NCBI GenBank assembly: GCA_902779055.1
Contig: CACZAD010000009.1
Location: 12,130 to 76,129 of the forward strand
Origin: Fibrobacter succinogenes
Lineage (GTDB): Bacteria; Fibrobacterota; Fibrobacteria; Fibrobacterales; Fibrobacteraceae
Length of the DNA: 64,000 bases
Direction: 5' to 3'
The notes under the pieces are model-generated. The model had not been told where the DNA came from. It was given only the letters and a program-made list of their open reading frames with translations, and did not search any database. Shown here piece after piece: positions 36,081 to 45,940 of this stretch; position 1 is the stretch's first letter; the number at the start of each line of letters is the position of its first letter. The translations under genes and the position numbers were made by a program.

Positions 36081-37045
36081 TGTTCAACGCGACGCGACAG
36101 ATAAAGCATTTGAAAAGCGCCCTCGTGGCGCTTTTCGCTTTATGCACTTTGTGGCCTGCACAAGCCGTCTCCGCATCCGAGCTTCAAAAGCAGATGGTCC
36201 GCGACCTCAAAAAATGCGGCAGCACCACCGAAGAAGTCACCTGCGTCGTCGAAGGCAAAAGCGGATGGCTGTACCTGCAAGAAAGCCTGCTGAACGCCGT
36301 AAAGCGCTGGACCGACAACACCCCGCAAATCATCGCCTTCAAGGACTCCCTCGAAAGCAGGGGCATCAAGCTCTTTGTCGTTCCCGTGCCGGACAAGTTC
36401 CTGGTCACCGCCGATCATTATTCCGACAAGGCTAAAAAAGGGATAAACCTCCCCCAGTACAAAAAATGGGTGGAAAAACTCCGCAAGCACAACGTGACCG
36501 TCATCGACGCATTCGACAAAATCAAGATGCTCAATAGCACCTTGGGAAGAGAAACGCCCATGTTCGATCCGTACGAAAGCCATTGCACAGGACCTGCAAG
36601 ACTCGTACTCGCCAACATAGTGGCCGACTCCATTGCGCCTTTACTGTACGGGATGAACCGCAGGCGCTACATTCTTAGGGATACCGTCGTCGAGGGAACC
36701 GGAAACCTCTACACGCTTCTGCACGACTCCGAAATCCACTACAAAATAAAAGAGCAGAAAGTCGTAAGCCCCGACGGCTACAAGTACCGCGGAACAAAGA
36801 AAGCCCCGATCATCGTCATCGGCGACAGCAACGTTGGACAGGGCAAATCGTATGCCGCCACCATCGGTGACTACATCGCGATGGCCACTAGCGTCGAGAC
36901 ATACTCCATCAGCAAAGTCGGCGGTGGCAACATCGGTCCACAAATGTTCCGCAACAAGTCCTCATTCCTGAAAAACAAGAAAGCCGTCGTCTGGGTATTC
37001 GACGGTCGCGAACTTTACGGGCATTTCAAAGACCCGGAATTTTAA
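36080..37045 (+). CDS. AlgX/AlgJ-like periplasmic SGNH O-acetyltransferase
   Basis: ATG overlaps the folD stop (TAATG); signal peptide; VVEGKSGWLY, VVPVPDK, ESHCT (DxHW position), IGDSN. Confidence 0.75.
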   Translation: MFNATRQIKHLKSALVALFALCTLWPAQAVSASELQKQMVRDLKKCGSTTEEVTCVVEGKSGWLYLQESLLNAVKRWTDNTPQIIAFKDSLESRGIKLFVVPVPDKFLVTADHYSDKAKKGINLPQYKKWVEKLRKHNVTVIDAFDKIKMLNSTLGRETPMFDPYESHCTGPARLVLANIVADSIAPLLYGMNRRRYILRDTVVEGTGNLYTLLHDSEIHYKIKEQKVVSPDGYKYRGTKKAPIIVIGDSNVGQGKSYAATIGDYIAMATSVETYSISKVGGGNIGPQMFRNKSSFLKNKKAVVWVFDGRELYGHFKDPEF

Positions 37046-37069
37046 AAACAGCCACTTCATTTGTACTGC

Positions 37070-37104
37070 AACATCGTGTCTATTTTATCGGCACGATGTT
37101 TTTT
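37070..37104 (+). terminator. Rho-independent terminator
   Basis: AACATCGTG...CACGATGTTTTTT. Confidence 0.7.
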
Positions 37105-37137
37105 CTAACTTTTTATAAAGTAGATTAAGGAGGAAAT

Positions 37138-38889
37138 ATGAATATGATATTTGCTTTCTTTGCGATGCTCGGGATGCTTGCGATTCAGGCTAACGCCGCA
37201 AACGCGATTATGAAAGGCGATGGATCCGCCCAAAATCCGTTCCAGATAGACGATTACGAAGACCTCAAGGCTATCGGTCAAGGGAATTACCTCTATTCAT
37301 CTAGTTACGTTTTGGCTGCGGATATCGATGCCTCACTTTCTCAACAAGAGAATTGCGACCACTATAGTTGTTTTGGCTTTGCACCTATTGGTATGAATCG
37401 AGATGCTGAGGGTAATACAGATTTCACGGGGAATATTGACGGAAAAAATCATACCATCAGTGGCTTGTACATTCGTTATCTTTCAGATTCACATTTAGCG
37501 TTTATTGCAAGATTGAATGGTTCCGTTGTCAACTTGAATTTCGATAACATAGAGGTTGTTAGCGATTCTGGAAACTGTGCTAGCGTCGCCGGATTCTTGA
37601 ATGGACGCATACAGAATGTCCACGTCACAAACGGGAAAATTCAAGGAAATGACCACGTTGGAGGCATTGCGGGAACATATACGAATACCGATGCTGTTAA
37701 TGCAGTCTTGTACGGAGTCTCTTACCAGGGGGATATAGAAGGAACAAACGATGTCGGCGGCATCGCCGGAGTTTCGGAAGCGGAAATAATCAACGCAACT
37801 GTCGACGTAAATATTCAAGCGCGGGAAAGACGAATCGGCGGAATCGTTGGCAACAACAAGGGAAACATAATCAACGGACAAACTAAAGGGTCAATTATCC
37901 CCCTCACCTCTGAAGTCGAATATGTTGGAGGCATAGCCGGCTATTCCACGGGGCTTATTTCCATTTGTGCTTCGTCTATGGACTTGAAGAAATCGCCTAG
38001 TTTCTGGTTTGATGTATCGCCATCTGAAGCGTATATGGATTCATATAGATTGCATATGGAAATAGGCGGAATTGCAGGAGATAATGGAGGACGGATAGAA
38101 TACTCTTACGCCATCGGGAAAATCGAGGGCGAACGTGTTATCGGCGGAATTGCAGGGTCGAATACCGGCCTTATAGAAAATTCATATGCACAAACTGATA
38201 TCATCGGCGAAAAAACGGTTGGTGGACTTGTAGGATACATCGCGGGACAATACTTGATAGCAGAAGATTCTTTGATAAAAATATCTGAAGGGAATGTTTC
38301 GACAAGCTATGCAGCGAATACCATGCTAAGAAGATATAATGGTGAGTATTGGGGAGGGTTAATTGGTGTTGGTAGTGACTGCACTTGTGACAATTCGTAT
38401 TGGGATTCAGAACTGTCGGGAATGAAAACAAGTAATGGAGGCGAAGGCCTTACCACTGCCGAGATGATGATGAAATCTTCTTTTGTAGGGTGGGATGAAA
38501 ATGTCTGGAAATTTGATGAAGGAAAGTTCTACCCCACTTTTAACGATGAATTCATCGCCAAGAAAATTAAGGAAAGCAGTTTAGATGATGATCCTAATGA
38601 CGGAAGGGTTGCAGTCGCACAGAGCCGTACCATTGCAGGCAAACACTCATTTGAATCTTTAATAAAAAATGGAAAAATTGAAATCCGCTTTGAAATTCCA
38701 TCCGCTGCAATTGTGAAGTTCTCGCTGCTTGACATACAAGGCCGCATTGTGGAAACACAAAACCTTGGGCGTCGTGCGGCAGGTTTGCATTACGAAATAT
38801 TTGATGCAGAAAATCTTGCACGTGGAAAATACTTTGGCGTATTAAACGTCAATGGCAAAGTCTACGAGAAATCGATGCTGCTGAAATAG
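37138..38889 (+). CDS. Secreted GLUG-motif beta-helix protein with T9SS-type C-terminal domain
   Basis: AAGGAGG RBS; signal peptide; GDGSAQNPFQI; repeated VGGIAG/IGGIVG; C-terminal LLDIQGRIV...ARGKYF. Confidence 0.82.
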   Translation: MNMIFAFFAMLGMLAIQANAANAIMKGDGSAQNPFQIDDYEDLKAIGQGNYLYSSSYVLAADIDASLSQQENCDHYSCFGFAPIGMNRDAEGNTDFTGNIDGKNHTISGLYIRYLSDSHLAFIARLNGSVVNLNFDNIEVVSDSGNCASVAGFLNGRIQNVHVTNGKIQGNDHVGGIAGTYTNTDAVNAVLYGVSYQGDIEGTNDVGGIAGVSEAEIINATVDVNIQARERRIGGIVGNNKGNIINGQTKGSIIPLTSEVEYVGGIAGYSTGLISICASSMDLKKSPSFWFDVSPSEAYMDSYRLHMEIGGIAGDNGGRIEYSYAIGKIEGERVIGGIAGSNTGLIENSYAQTDIIGEKTVGGLVGYIAGQYLIAEDSLIKISEGNVSTSYAANTMLRRYNGEYWGGLIGVGSDCTCDNSYWDSELSGMKTSNGGEGLTTAEMMMKSSFVGWDENVWKFDEGKFYPTFNDEFIAKKIKESSLDDDPNDGRVAVAQSRTIAGKHSFESLIKNGKIEIRFEIPSAAIVKFSLLDIQGRIVETQNLGRRAAGLHYEIFDAENLARGKYFGVLNVNGKVYEKSMLLK

Positions 38890-38908
38890 ATAAGTTTCGT
38901 CTAAACCG

Positions 38909-39892
38909 CTACTTCAGTTTTTCCAAGAATTCCTTGGCGTCGCAACATTCGACAAGGTCGTTTCCGAGTAGCTTTTGCAAGCGCTGCACATCGAGCCAGC
39001 CCTTGCTATCTAGCACAACGACCTTCTTGAAGCGGTCGCGGTGGCGCAACAGGAACTCCAGATTGTTGATATCCGTCTTTGGAAACCCGTAACCGATAAA
39101 GTAAATTTCCTCGGCATTTTTCAGGTAGTAATCGGCCTTGGACCAAAGCAAGTTGAAAAGGCTTCCGCGCAAGAACGATTCCTTGGCATGTGCCATCGGG
39201 ATATACACCGGAGTATCTTCGCAGTAGATCGGGAAGCTACGGTCCTGCGGTTCCACCTCGCAAACATTCTTCAAGTCGAGTTCGTCACTTGCGCCCTTGA
39301 CCGGGAACCAGTTGAGCGAACCATGCAGCTTGATAAGGTCAATCGTGCGGAGTCTTTTTCCGCGTTTGGCCGAACGGTCTGCCGGCTCAATTTTGACGCC
39401 ATAATCGACCGACACCGTTTCGCAAAGTTCCTTGTCAGTAGCAATCACCGATTCAATCAGCGTATCGTAATTGAACGAAAGCAAGAGCGTATCGCGCGAG
39501 CCTTCCGAAGGATTGTTTTCGCACGTTTTCAGGAACTGCTTAAGGATTTTGGCCGAAGATTCGTCAAGGACGTTATCGCTACGGATGACGCTTGCGATAA
39601 AGCGCAACAGTTCAAAACGCAGCGATGCGTGGTAAAGGCGTTCACGTTCGCCCGGAAAAATCTGCGCCGAAAGAATCGACGTCGCCAGAGGTTCGATCCC
39701 CAAATACTCATCGTCGCCATTGCAAAGTTCGACAAACCGTTTGCAGTAATCGCGCAAGTGCGGAAATTCATCGGGAATGCCAAAAGGGATCAGCTCGTTC
39801 AGGTCGCGGAGCGTAGGCATCTGCGGCGAAAAGGACTTGCTGAATCCAGAACCCAGTACAAAAATACGGCGATAACAATTCGACTGCATCAT
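38909..39892 (-). CDS. SIR2-like (SIR2_2-type) NAD-binding domain protein
   Basis: VLGSGFS, SFNYD, KLHGSLNW, FIGYGF. Confidence 0.85.
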   Translation of the reverse strand: MMQSNCYRRIFVLGSGFSKSFSPQMPTLRDLNELIPFGIPDEFPHLRDYCKRFVELCNGDDEYLGIEPLATSILSAQIFPGERERLYHASLRFELLRFIASVIRSDNVLDESSAKILKQFLKTCENNPSEGSRDTLLLSFNYDTLIESVIATDKELCETVSVDYGVKIEPADRSAKRGKRLRTIDLIKLHGSLNWFPVKGASDELDLKNVCEVEPQDRSFPIYCEDTPVYIPMAHAKESFLRGSLFNLLWSKADYYLKNAEEIYFIGYGFPKTDINNLEFLLRHRDRFKKVVVLDSKGWLDVQRLQKLLGNDLVECCDAKEFLEKLK

Positions 39893-39926
39893 ACCGTTAA
39901 TGTATAATTTTTAGGCAGAAAAGAAC

Positions 39927-40634
39927 CTAAAAATGCAGCCAGCCCGTTTCCATAGCAGTGATGGGAGTGACCTTCACGTCGCCTTTTTCAGGGAGTTCAA
40001 AGGCAAGCCCCGTCAAAAAGTTCATCCAGCATTTCGGTTCAAACTTAAGTCCGCAAAAATGCGAAAGGCAAGGCACAATCCAGGCGTCGTGCGTCACAAA
40101 AATATTGAACCGCGAAGACGATCTCGAAAACATCATCTCGCGCATCTGTTCGGCACGCTTGTGCAACGGCAAGAACGCCGCGTGTTCGCCATCATCGAGC
40201 CACTTGCAAATGTTCTCGTAAAAGCCCTCGTCCAAGGCGCGTTCGTAAGCAGCCTTGTCGCCAACAAAGAAATCCCCGAGTTCATCAATCGGCACAACCT
40301 TCGTATTAGTCCCGACTACGGCATCGGAGGCGCCCCCGACAATCGAGTTATCAACAAAGCCCGCAAGCTTGCGGCCTTCACCAATGCACTTCGCCGTTTC
40401 CACGCATCGTCCAACCGGACTCGAAAAGTACACCGCATCGCCAAACGCCGGAATCATTTTCCCAAGCGCTACCGCCTGGCGGCGCCCACGATCCGTAAGC
40501 CCGACATGGGCCCCGTAATCCTTATCGGCCGGAGTGATGTGGTTGCGTTCTGCGTGGCGCAAAAGCAGGTAAATTTTGGAGTTCCAGTCAGCCTGGGCAA
40601 AAAAGTCGGAAAGTTGTACAAAGTCGTTAGTCAT
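39927..40634 (-). CDS. Histidine phosphatase superfamily protein
   Basis: LLRHAER, SSPVGRCVETA, VTHD. Confidence 0.85.
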   Translation of the reverse strand: MTNDFVQLSDFFAQADWNSKIYLLLRHAERNHITPADKDYGAHVGLTDRGRRQAVALGKMIPAFGDAVYFSSPVGRCVETAKCIGEGRKLAGFVDNSIVGGASDAVVGTNTKVVPIDELGDFFVGDKAAYERALDEGFYENICKWLDDGEHAAFLPLHKRAEQMREMMFSRSSSRFNIFVTHDAWIVPCLSHFCGLKFEPKCWMNFLTGLAFELPEKGDVKVTPITAMETGWLHF

Positions 40635-40645
40635 AGGTTAGTAAA

Positions 40646-40695
40646 GGAGATTGGGCTTTCACCCCATCCTCAGCGGCTCGGAGGCAGGAATGACA
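40646..40695 (-). repeat. TGTCA-family repeat with internal insert
   Basis: Minus strand TGTCATTCCTGCCTCCGAGC...ATCTCC has the same ends as the 35066 copy. Confidence 0.6.
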
Positions 40696-40697
40696 AA

Positions 40698-41243
40698 TCA
40701 AGCGCCGATTGCAGCGGAAAGCGGAATCCACAGAGCGTGCCCAAGCGCAAAGCTCAGGATGCCAAAGAAAAATCCACATACGATATCCGAGAACCAATGC
40801 ACTCCAAAATACACGCGCAAAAGTCCCCACGTGAGCGGCAACAGCATCATGATCCATCCGTACTGCGGCACGCAAAAGAACACCGTGCTTGCCACCGCCA
40901 GATTGTTCATCGTATGTCCCGACGGAAAACTGTACTTGTCAAGAGGGGGCACTTCGGCCTGAATCGTCGGATTGGCGGCAAACGGGCGCGGGCGCTTGAC
41001 ATTCAGCTTCACGACCCAGTAAATCACAAGGCTCATCGCAAGCGAAACAAGGGCCTGCCACAGAATCGGAAGAAAGCAGTCCCACCCCACCATATAAATC
41101 AAGAACAAAATGAACAAGGCCCAGATATATCCATCACCTAAACGCACGAAAAAACGCAATCCGCGTTCTACCTTTGGCGAAAAATGGCGGTTCGTCCAAT
41201 ATTCCGTCACGCGTTTATCAAAATCTGAAATCTTATCAAACAT
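40698..41243 (-). CDS. PAP2 family membrane phosphatase
   Basis: KLNVKRPRP, SFPSGH, RVYFGVHWFSD; start moved to ATG 41243. Confidence 0.9.
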   Translation of the reverse strand: MFDKISDFDKRVTEYWTNRHFSPKVERGLRFFVRLGDGYIWALFILFLIYMVGWDCFLPILWQALVSLAMSLVIYWVVKLNVKRPRPFAANPTIQAEVPPLDKYSFPSGHTMNNLAVASTVFFCVPQYGWIMMLLPLTWGLLRVYFGVHWFSDIVCGFFFGILSFALGHALWIPLSAAIGA

Positions 41244-41470
41244 GGACAAGAATTTAGCATTTCTACATAAGCTGTCAAAGCAACGAGCGTTAAACGACCC
41301 GACAAAGCAACAAAAAAAACAGTTAACATCAAGCATAAAATGCGCACCGATCAAAAGCGGACATGCACCAGAGATTAAACAAGCCTACACTTTTTTCAAC
41401 GGTCGCATTATGCCAGCCAGGCGGCAAAATACTATTATTTAGGTGGTATAATTTTTTATAAGGATACACT

Positions 41471-42652
41471 ATGCGCGTACTCGTTCTTAACTGCGGCAGC
41501 TCTTCCGTGAAGTTCGCCGTCATCGATACTCAGACCAAGCAGTCCATCGCAAGTGGCCTCGTTGAAAACATCGGCGTGAACGGTCACACCAAGGCCAAGG
41601 GCCCCGAAGGCAACATCGATTTCAACTTCGACTGTCCCACGCATGCCGAAGCCGTCGATCAGGTCAAGAAGTTCCTCGACGCCCAGAAGCTCACCTCCAC
41701 GATCGAAGCTATCGGCCATCGCGTCGTGCATGGCGGTAAGTACATCAAGAGCGAAAAGGTCTCTCAGGAAGTCATCGACTACATCCGCAGCATCACGCTC
41801 TTTGCTCCGCTCCACGAACCGGCACACGCTACCGGCATGGAATGCGCTACCAAGTTCTTCCCGGGTCTCCCGCAGGTCGCCGTGTTCGATACGGCATTCC
41901 ACCAGACCATGCCGCAGAAGGCTTACCTCTACGGTATCCCGTACAAGTTCTACGAAAAGGACGGCATCCGCCGTTACGGCGCACACGGCACAAGCCACCG
42001 CTTTGTGACTGCCGAAGCTTGCAAGGTTCTCGGCACCAAGCCCGAAGAAACCTGCCTCATCACGGCACACCTCGGCAACGGCTCCAGCTGCTCTGCCATC
42101 TTGAACGGTGAATGCGTCGACACCACGATGGGCTTCACTCCGCTCGAAGGCCTCATCATGGGCACCCGCTCCGGTAGCCTCGACCCGGCCATCCTCTTCT
42201 ACATCGCCAAGAAGTACGGTGAAGAATACGGCACCATCGACAAGCTCGATCACCTTGTGAACAAGGAATCCGGTTTGCTCGGCCTCTCTGGTCTTTCGAA
42301 CGACATGCGTACGCTCACGCAGGCTGCAAGCGAAGGCAACAAGCAGGCACAAATCGCCCTCGATGTCTTCTGCTACCGCCTCACCCGCGAAATCGGCGGC
42401 CTCGCCATGGCTCTCCCGCGCATTGACGCCATCGTCTTCACGGGCGGCATCGGCGAAAACAGTTTCTACGTCCGCAAGCAGGCTCTCGACAACCTGAAGC
42501 TCCTCGGCTACCAGGTCGACGAAGAACGCAACCTCAAGAGCGGCAAGGAATCCAACCACCTCATCACGAAGGATGGTACGCCGAAGGCTATCGTCGTTGC
42601 AACAAACGAAGAACTGCTCATCGCCCTCGACACTGAAGCTCTTGTCAAGTAG
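41471..42652 (+). CDS. ackA: Acetate kinase
   Basis: VLNCGSSSVK, GHRVVHGG, FDTAFH, HLGNG, FTGGIGEN, TNEE. Confidence 0.97.
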   Translation: MRVLVLNCGSSSVKFAVIDTQTKQSIASGLVENIGVNGHTKAKGPEGNIDFNFDCPTHAEAVDQVKKFLDAQKLTSTIEAIGHRVVHGGKYIKSEKVSQEVIDYIRSITLFAPLHEPAHATGMECATKFFPGLPQVAVFDTAFHQTMPQKAYLYGIPYKFYEKDGIRRYGAHGTSHRFVTAEACKVLGTKPEETCLITAHLGNGSSCSAILNGECVDTTMGFTPLEGLIMGTRSGSLDPAILFYIAKKYGEEYGTIDKLDHLVNKESGLLGLSGLSNDMRTLTQAASEGNKQAQIALDVFCYRLTREIGGLAMALPRIDAIVFTGGIGENSFYVRKQALDNLKLLGYQVDEERNLKSGKESNHLITKDGTPKAIVVATNEELLIALDTEALVK

Positions 42653-42703
42653 GAAGTAAGAAGTAGACAGGGGCCCTTCGGGCCTATCTGCTGAACAACA
42701 CTT

Positions 42704-42746
42704 GTAATAAAGAAGGCTCCGCGATTGCGGAGCCTTTCTTTATTAC
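42704..42746. terminator. Bidirectional terminator
   Basis: GTAATAAAGAAGGCTCCGC-GATT-GCGGAGCCTTTCTTTATTAC. Confidence 0.85.
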
Positions 42747-42759
42747 CGTCTACAGCCTA

Positions 42760-45700
42760 CTATTTGATCGTCCAGGTCTGGTTATTCACACGGAGGAGCT
42801 TGCGACCCTGAACCTGGGCAGAGGCGTTCTGCACTTCAGCCGGGTTCACCGGAAGCTTTGCGCTCCAGATCTTGCGACCTTGCAGGTTCATGATCGAAAC
42901 GCTTCCGCGCTTTGCCATCACGGCATTCTGCCAAGAAGCCTTCGGCTGCGTCTTCTGCGGCATCAGACCCTGCGGCTTTTCGCCGACGATGATGTACAAA
43001 GGAACGGTCACATTCAACTTGCCCGGATCCGAAGCCTTGACGCCAAGAGCGAACTTTTGGCCGTCCTTGTACTTGAGGCCGTCAATGGCCGTCACGGTAA
43101 GGACAGAACCCTTCAGCGAGATGGTCATATACTTTGTAAGGGCACTGGTTTCGTTCGGCGTGAACGTGATTTCGTCACCATCGACATCCGTCACAAGCGT
43201 ATCGAGCTTCCACTGGACCTTCCAGCCAGAGTTGGCAACATACATCGTGTCAGAAGAACGCAACAGCTTGGGCTTGTCGTTCACCGGCGTGATCGTCACG
43301 CAGAATTCAAAGCTCTTGGAGCCGGACTTCTTGTCCGTAGCCGTCACGATCACGTAAGCCTTGCCCGTAGAATCTTCAACAGAGTTGATTTCGAGCGTTC
43401 CCTTGTCAGTGATTTCGACCTTGAGCTTGCCATCCTTGCTCTTTGCAGAGTAAGAAAGCGTGTCGCCTTCAGGATCCTTGAACCAGGAAGCCACCACGGA
43501 CTTCGGGTACTTCAAGGCTCTCGAAGTAGCGAAATCTTCGGTAACGGTCGTATCGAGCGTCGAAGACTTCACGACAACAGTCGGGAGCAAATTGCGCTTG
43601 TCAATCACGATAGTCACTCGTGCAGCCTTGGACTTCGTTCCATTCACGACTGCATAGTAACCAAAGTAATCAATACCTTCGTAGCCTTCCACCGGCGTGT
43701 ACTTGAAGCTACCGTCCTTGTTCAGCACAAGCGTTCCGTGAGCCGGCTTCTGGGCAAGTTCTGCTTCCATACCCTTGGTAACACCTTCAGGATACTTGTC
43801 GTTCGCAAGAACGCCTTCCTTCGCGCTCACCGTGAGGATGCTATCGTTAAACGTCGTATATTCGTCAGCTTCGGCCTGGGCCAAGTCCTTCGGGGAGACA
43901 AGCTTCACGCCAATCGTCACACCGGCAGAATCCACACCATCCGTCGCATAGAAGAAGATGGTCGCCACGCCGCTTGCCTTGGCGACAGGCTTGAGGGAGA
44001 TGTAGTAATAAGAGGCGTTGACGCTATCGACAGCAGCAACGATCTTGGTTCCCTTGGCACCATAAGTAAACTTCTGCGTTCCTTCCGTGACTTCGAGGTC
44101 GCTAAAGACAATAGACTTTGTCGGAATCTTGATCTGCTTGACCGTATCTTCGTCAAAGTCCACGTCGAGCATCAGGGTATCCTTCAGGAACGTGCTATCG
44201 GCAATGGCAAATGTCGGAGCGTCGTTGACCGGAAGCACATGGATCACAACCGTACCCTTGCTACTCATCATAGTGTGGTTAGCCGTTTCCACAAGCACGT
44301 AGGTGAGGGTGTCATCGCCATGGAAGTTCGCTTCGGGCTTATACACAAACGAACCGAACTGCGAGAACTGCGACAGCGCACCGTGCTTCGTGGAATCGAT
44401 AGGAACGGCAATAAAGTCGTCGCCATCCGGATCGGAGCCCAGAGCCCTGAGACCATTAGTAATGGAAACAACAAGTTCCTGGTCTTCGTTTACGGTGTAT
44501 GCAGTGTCAACCGCGACTGGCGGCCTATTCAGGTCGACATTCGTAATCTTGATGATATACTGCACCGTCACGACATCGGACTTTCCATCCGTCGCATAGA
44601 CTGCGATAATCAAGGACGTATCCTTCTTGATTCCCGTCGGAACGATAGCGACCGTATCCTTGAGGGTGGCCTTGTCCAAAGACGTCAAGGTCTTCATCAA
44701 CGGAACAGACATGTCGACAACAAAGAGGAGCCTGTCATTGTCTTCGTCCGCGAACAAATCGCCAAGAGCGATTTTCATCGTATCCGTTTCAAGCATTTCG
44801 ATCAAAGGAACTTCGGTATCATAAGGCGGAAGTGCAACCGTCGGATGGTTTTCTGCAGGAGGATCGTCCGGGCATTCGGGATCTCCCGGGCAGGTCGGGC
44901 CGACCGGACCGTCAGCTTCATCCGTAATGGAAACTTCGAGCTGAACAATTGCCGATTCCGTTCCCTTCAAGGCAATAAAGATGAGCGTGAGGGTCGTATC
45001 CTTGTCAATACCCGTCGGGACATAGGCCACGACATCATTCAAGGTCACGTCACCCGTAGGAGAGACCTGCTTCAAAACAGACTTGGTCATCGTCGTCGTC
45101 AAGATGACATCATCCGTTTCCTTGGCAGAAAACACTTTCTTGAGGTCGATCTTCAAGGTGTCGGATTCCTTGATGGTCACTTTCTGGGCCTTGTCATAGG
45201 GTTCAAGGACCTTGAGGCCATCATCCACGACAACGGAGGATTCGCACTCGCCGAGAGAAACAGCAGAAACCGTAATGACGTTCTTGGTTCTGTCAGCATC
45301 GCTTGCATCGAGGTTTGCGGCAATGCCTTCCTTGTAGTTGATCTGGATCGCTTCCTGCTGGGTCAAGTCCAGCGGGACTTCCGTACCCCAGCCACCTTCC
45401 TGGGCAAGGCTCTGGAAGTCGATGAACTTCGACACGAAATCGGTCTGGGCATCAAGAATGATACCGTAATAGTTATAGTCCGTCACGCTGGTCTGCTTGA
45501 AGTCCACACGGAAGGGACGGTCAGCCTTGTACGTGAGGCAAAGCCCCGGATAGCTCGAAAGATCTACGGTGCCATTCTGTTTCCACACCAACGAGAAACC
45601 CGCGGCACTGTACGAACTGCCTTCAATGACCAATTTCGTGGTAAACTGCTGATACCCTTCAGTTGTGGTAGTGAGTTCACCGGTAGCACCATCTTCTTTC

Positions 45701-45840
45701 GGCTGGTAATAGACATCGCCCCATCTTGCAGGCTGCATATCGTTGCCCTTGGGCTTGTCATAACTCCAAACACTTGTGCCGGCGATACCCGATACTGCGC
45801 CGGCTAAAATCATCGCAATTGACAATGATAGCGATCTCAT
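42760..45840 (-). CDS. Secreted protein: CBM11-like/galactose-binding N-domain, tandem cadherin/Ig-like (Big_9) repeats and Fibrobacter/T9SS-type CTD
   Basis: Signal from ATG 45840; VDLSSYPGLCLTY...QEGGWG; NRPPVAVD, PVNDAP, GVLAND, NKDGSFKYTP, DVDGD; IMNLQGR. Confidence 0.78.
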   Translation of the reverse strand: MRSLSLSIAMILAGAVSGIAGTSVWSYDKPKGNDMQPARWGDVYYQPKEDGATGELTTTTEGYQQFTTKLVIEGSSYSAAGFSLVWKQNGTVDLSSYPGLCLTYKADRPFRVDFKQTSVTDYNYYGIILDAQTDFVSKFIDFQSLAQEGGWGTEVPLDLTQQEAIQINYKEGIAANLDASDADRTKNVITVSAVSLGECESSVVVDDGLKVLEPYDKAQKVTIKESDTLKIDLKKVFSAKETDDVILTTTMTKSVLKQVSPTGDVTLNDVVAYVPTGIDKDTTLTLIFIALKGTESAIVQLEVSITDEADGPVGPTCPGDPECPDDPPAENHPTVALPPYDTEVPLIEMLETDTMKIALGDLFADEDNDRLLFVVDMSVPLMKTLTSLDKATLKDTVAIVPTGIKKDTSLIIAVYATDGKSDVVTVQYIIKITNVDLNRPPVAVDTAYTVNEDQELVVSITNGLRALGSDPDGDDFIAVPIDSTKHGALSQFSQFGSFVYKPEANFHGDDTLTYVLVETANHTMMSSKGTVVIHVLPVNDAPTFAIADSTFLKDTLMLDVDFDEDTVKQIKIPTKSIVFSDLEVTEGTQKFTYGAKGTKIVAAVDSVNASYYYISLKPVAKASGVATIFFYATDGVDSAGVTIGVKLVSPKDLAQAEADEYTTFNDSILTVSAKEGVLANDKYPEGVTKGMEAELAQKPAHGTLVLNKDGSFKYTPVEGYEGIDYFGYYAVVNGTKSKAARVTIVIDKRNLLPTVVVKSSTLDTTVTEDFATSRALKYPKSVVASWFKDPEGDTLSYSAKSKDGKLKVEITDKGTLEINSVEDSTGKAYVIVTATDKKSGSKSFEFCVTITPVNDKPKLLRSSDTMYVANSGWKVQWKLDTLVTDVDGDEITFTPNETSALTKYMTISLKGSVLTVTAIDGLKYKDGQKFALGVKASDPGKLNVTVPLYIIVGEKPQGLMPQKTQPKASWQNAVMAKRGSVSIMNLQGRKIWSAKLPVNPAEVQNASAQVQGRKLLRVNNQTWTIK

Positions 45841-45940
45841 AAAAAACTCCTCTTTTGACACCTAAGATCCAAACACCTAAAATCCATCATAGTAAATCTA
45901 TAATAGAATTGGACTTATGTCACACGGAGTTAAAAAAAAA

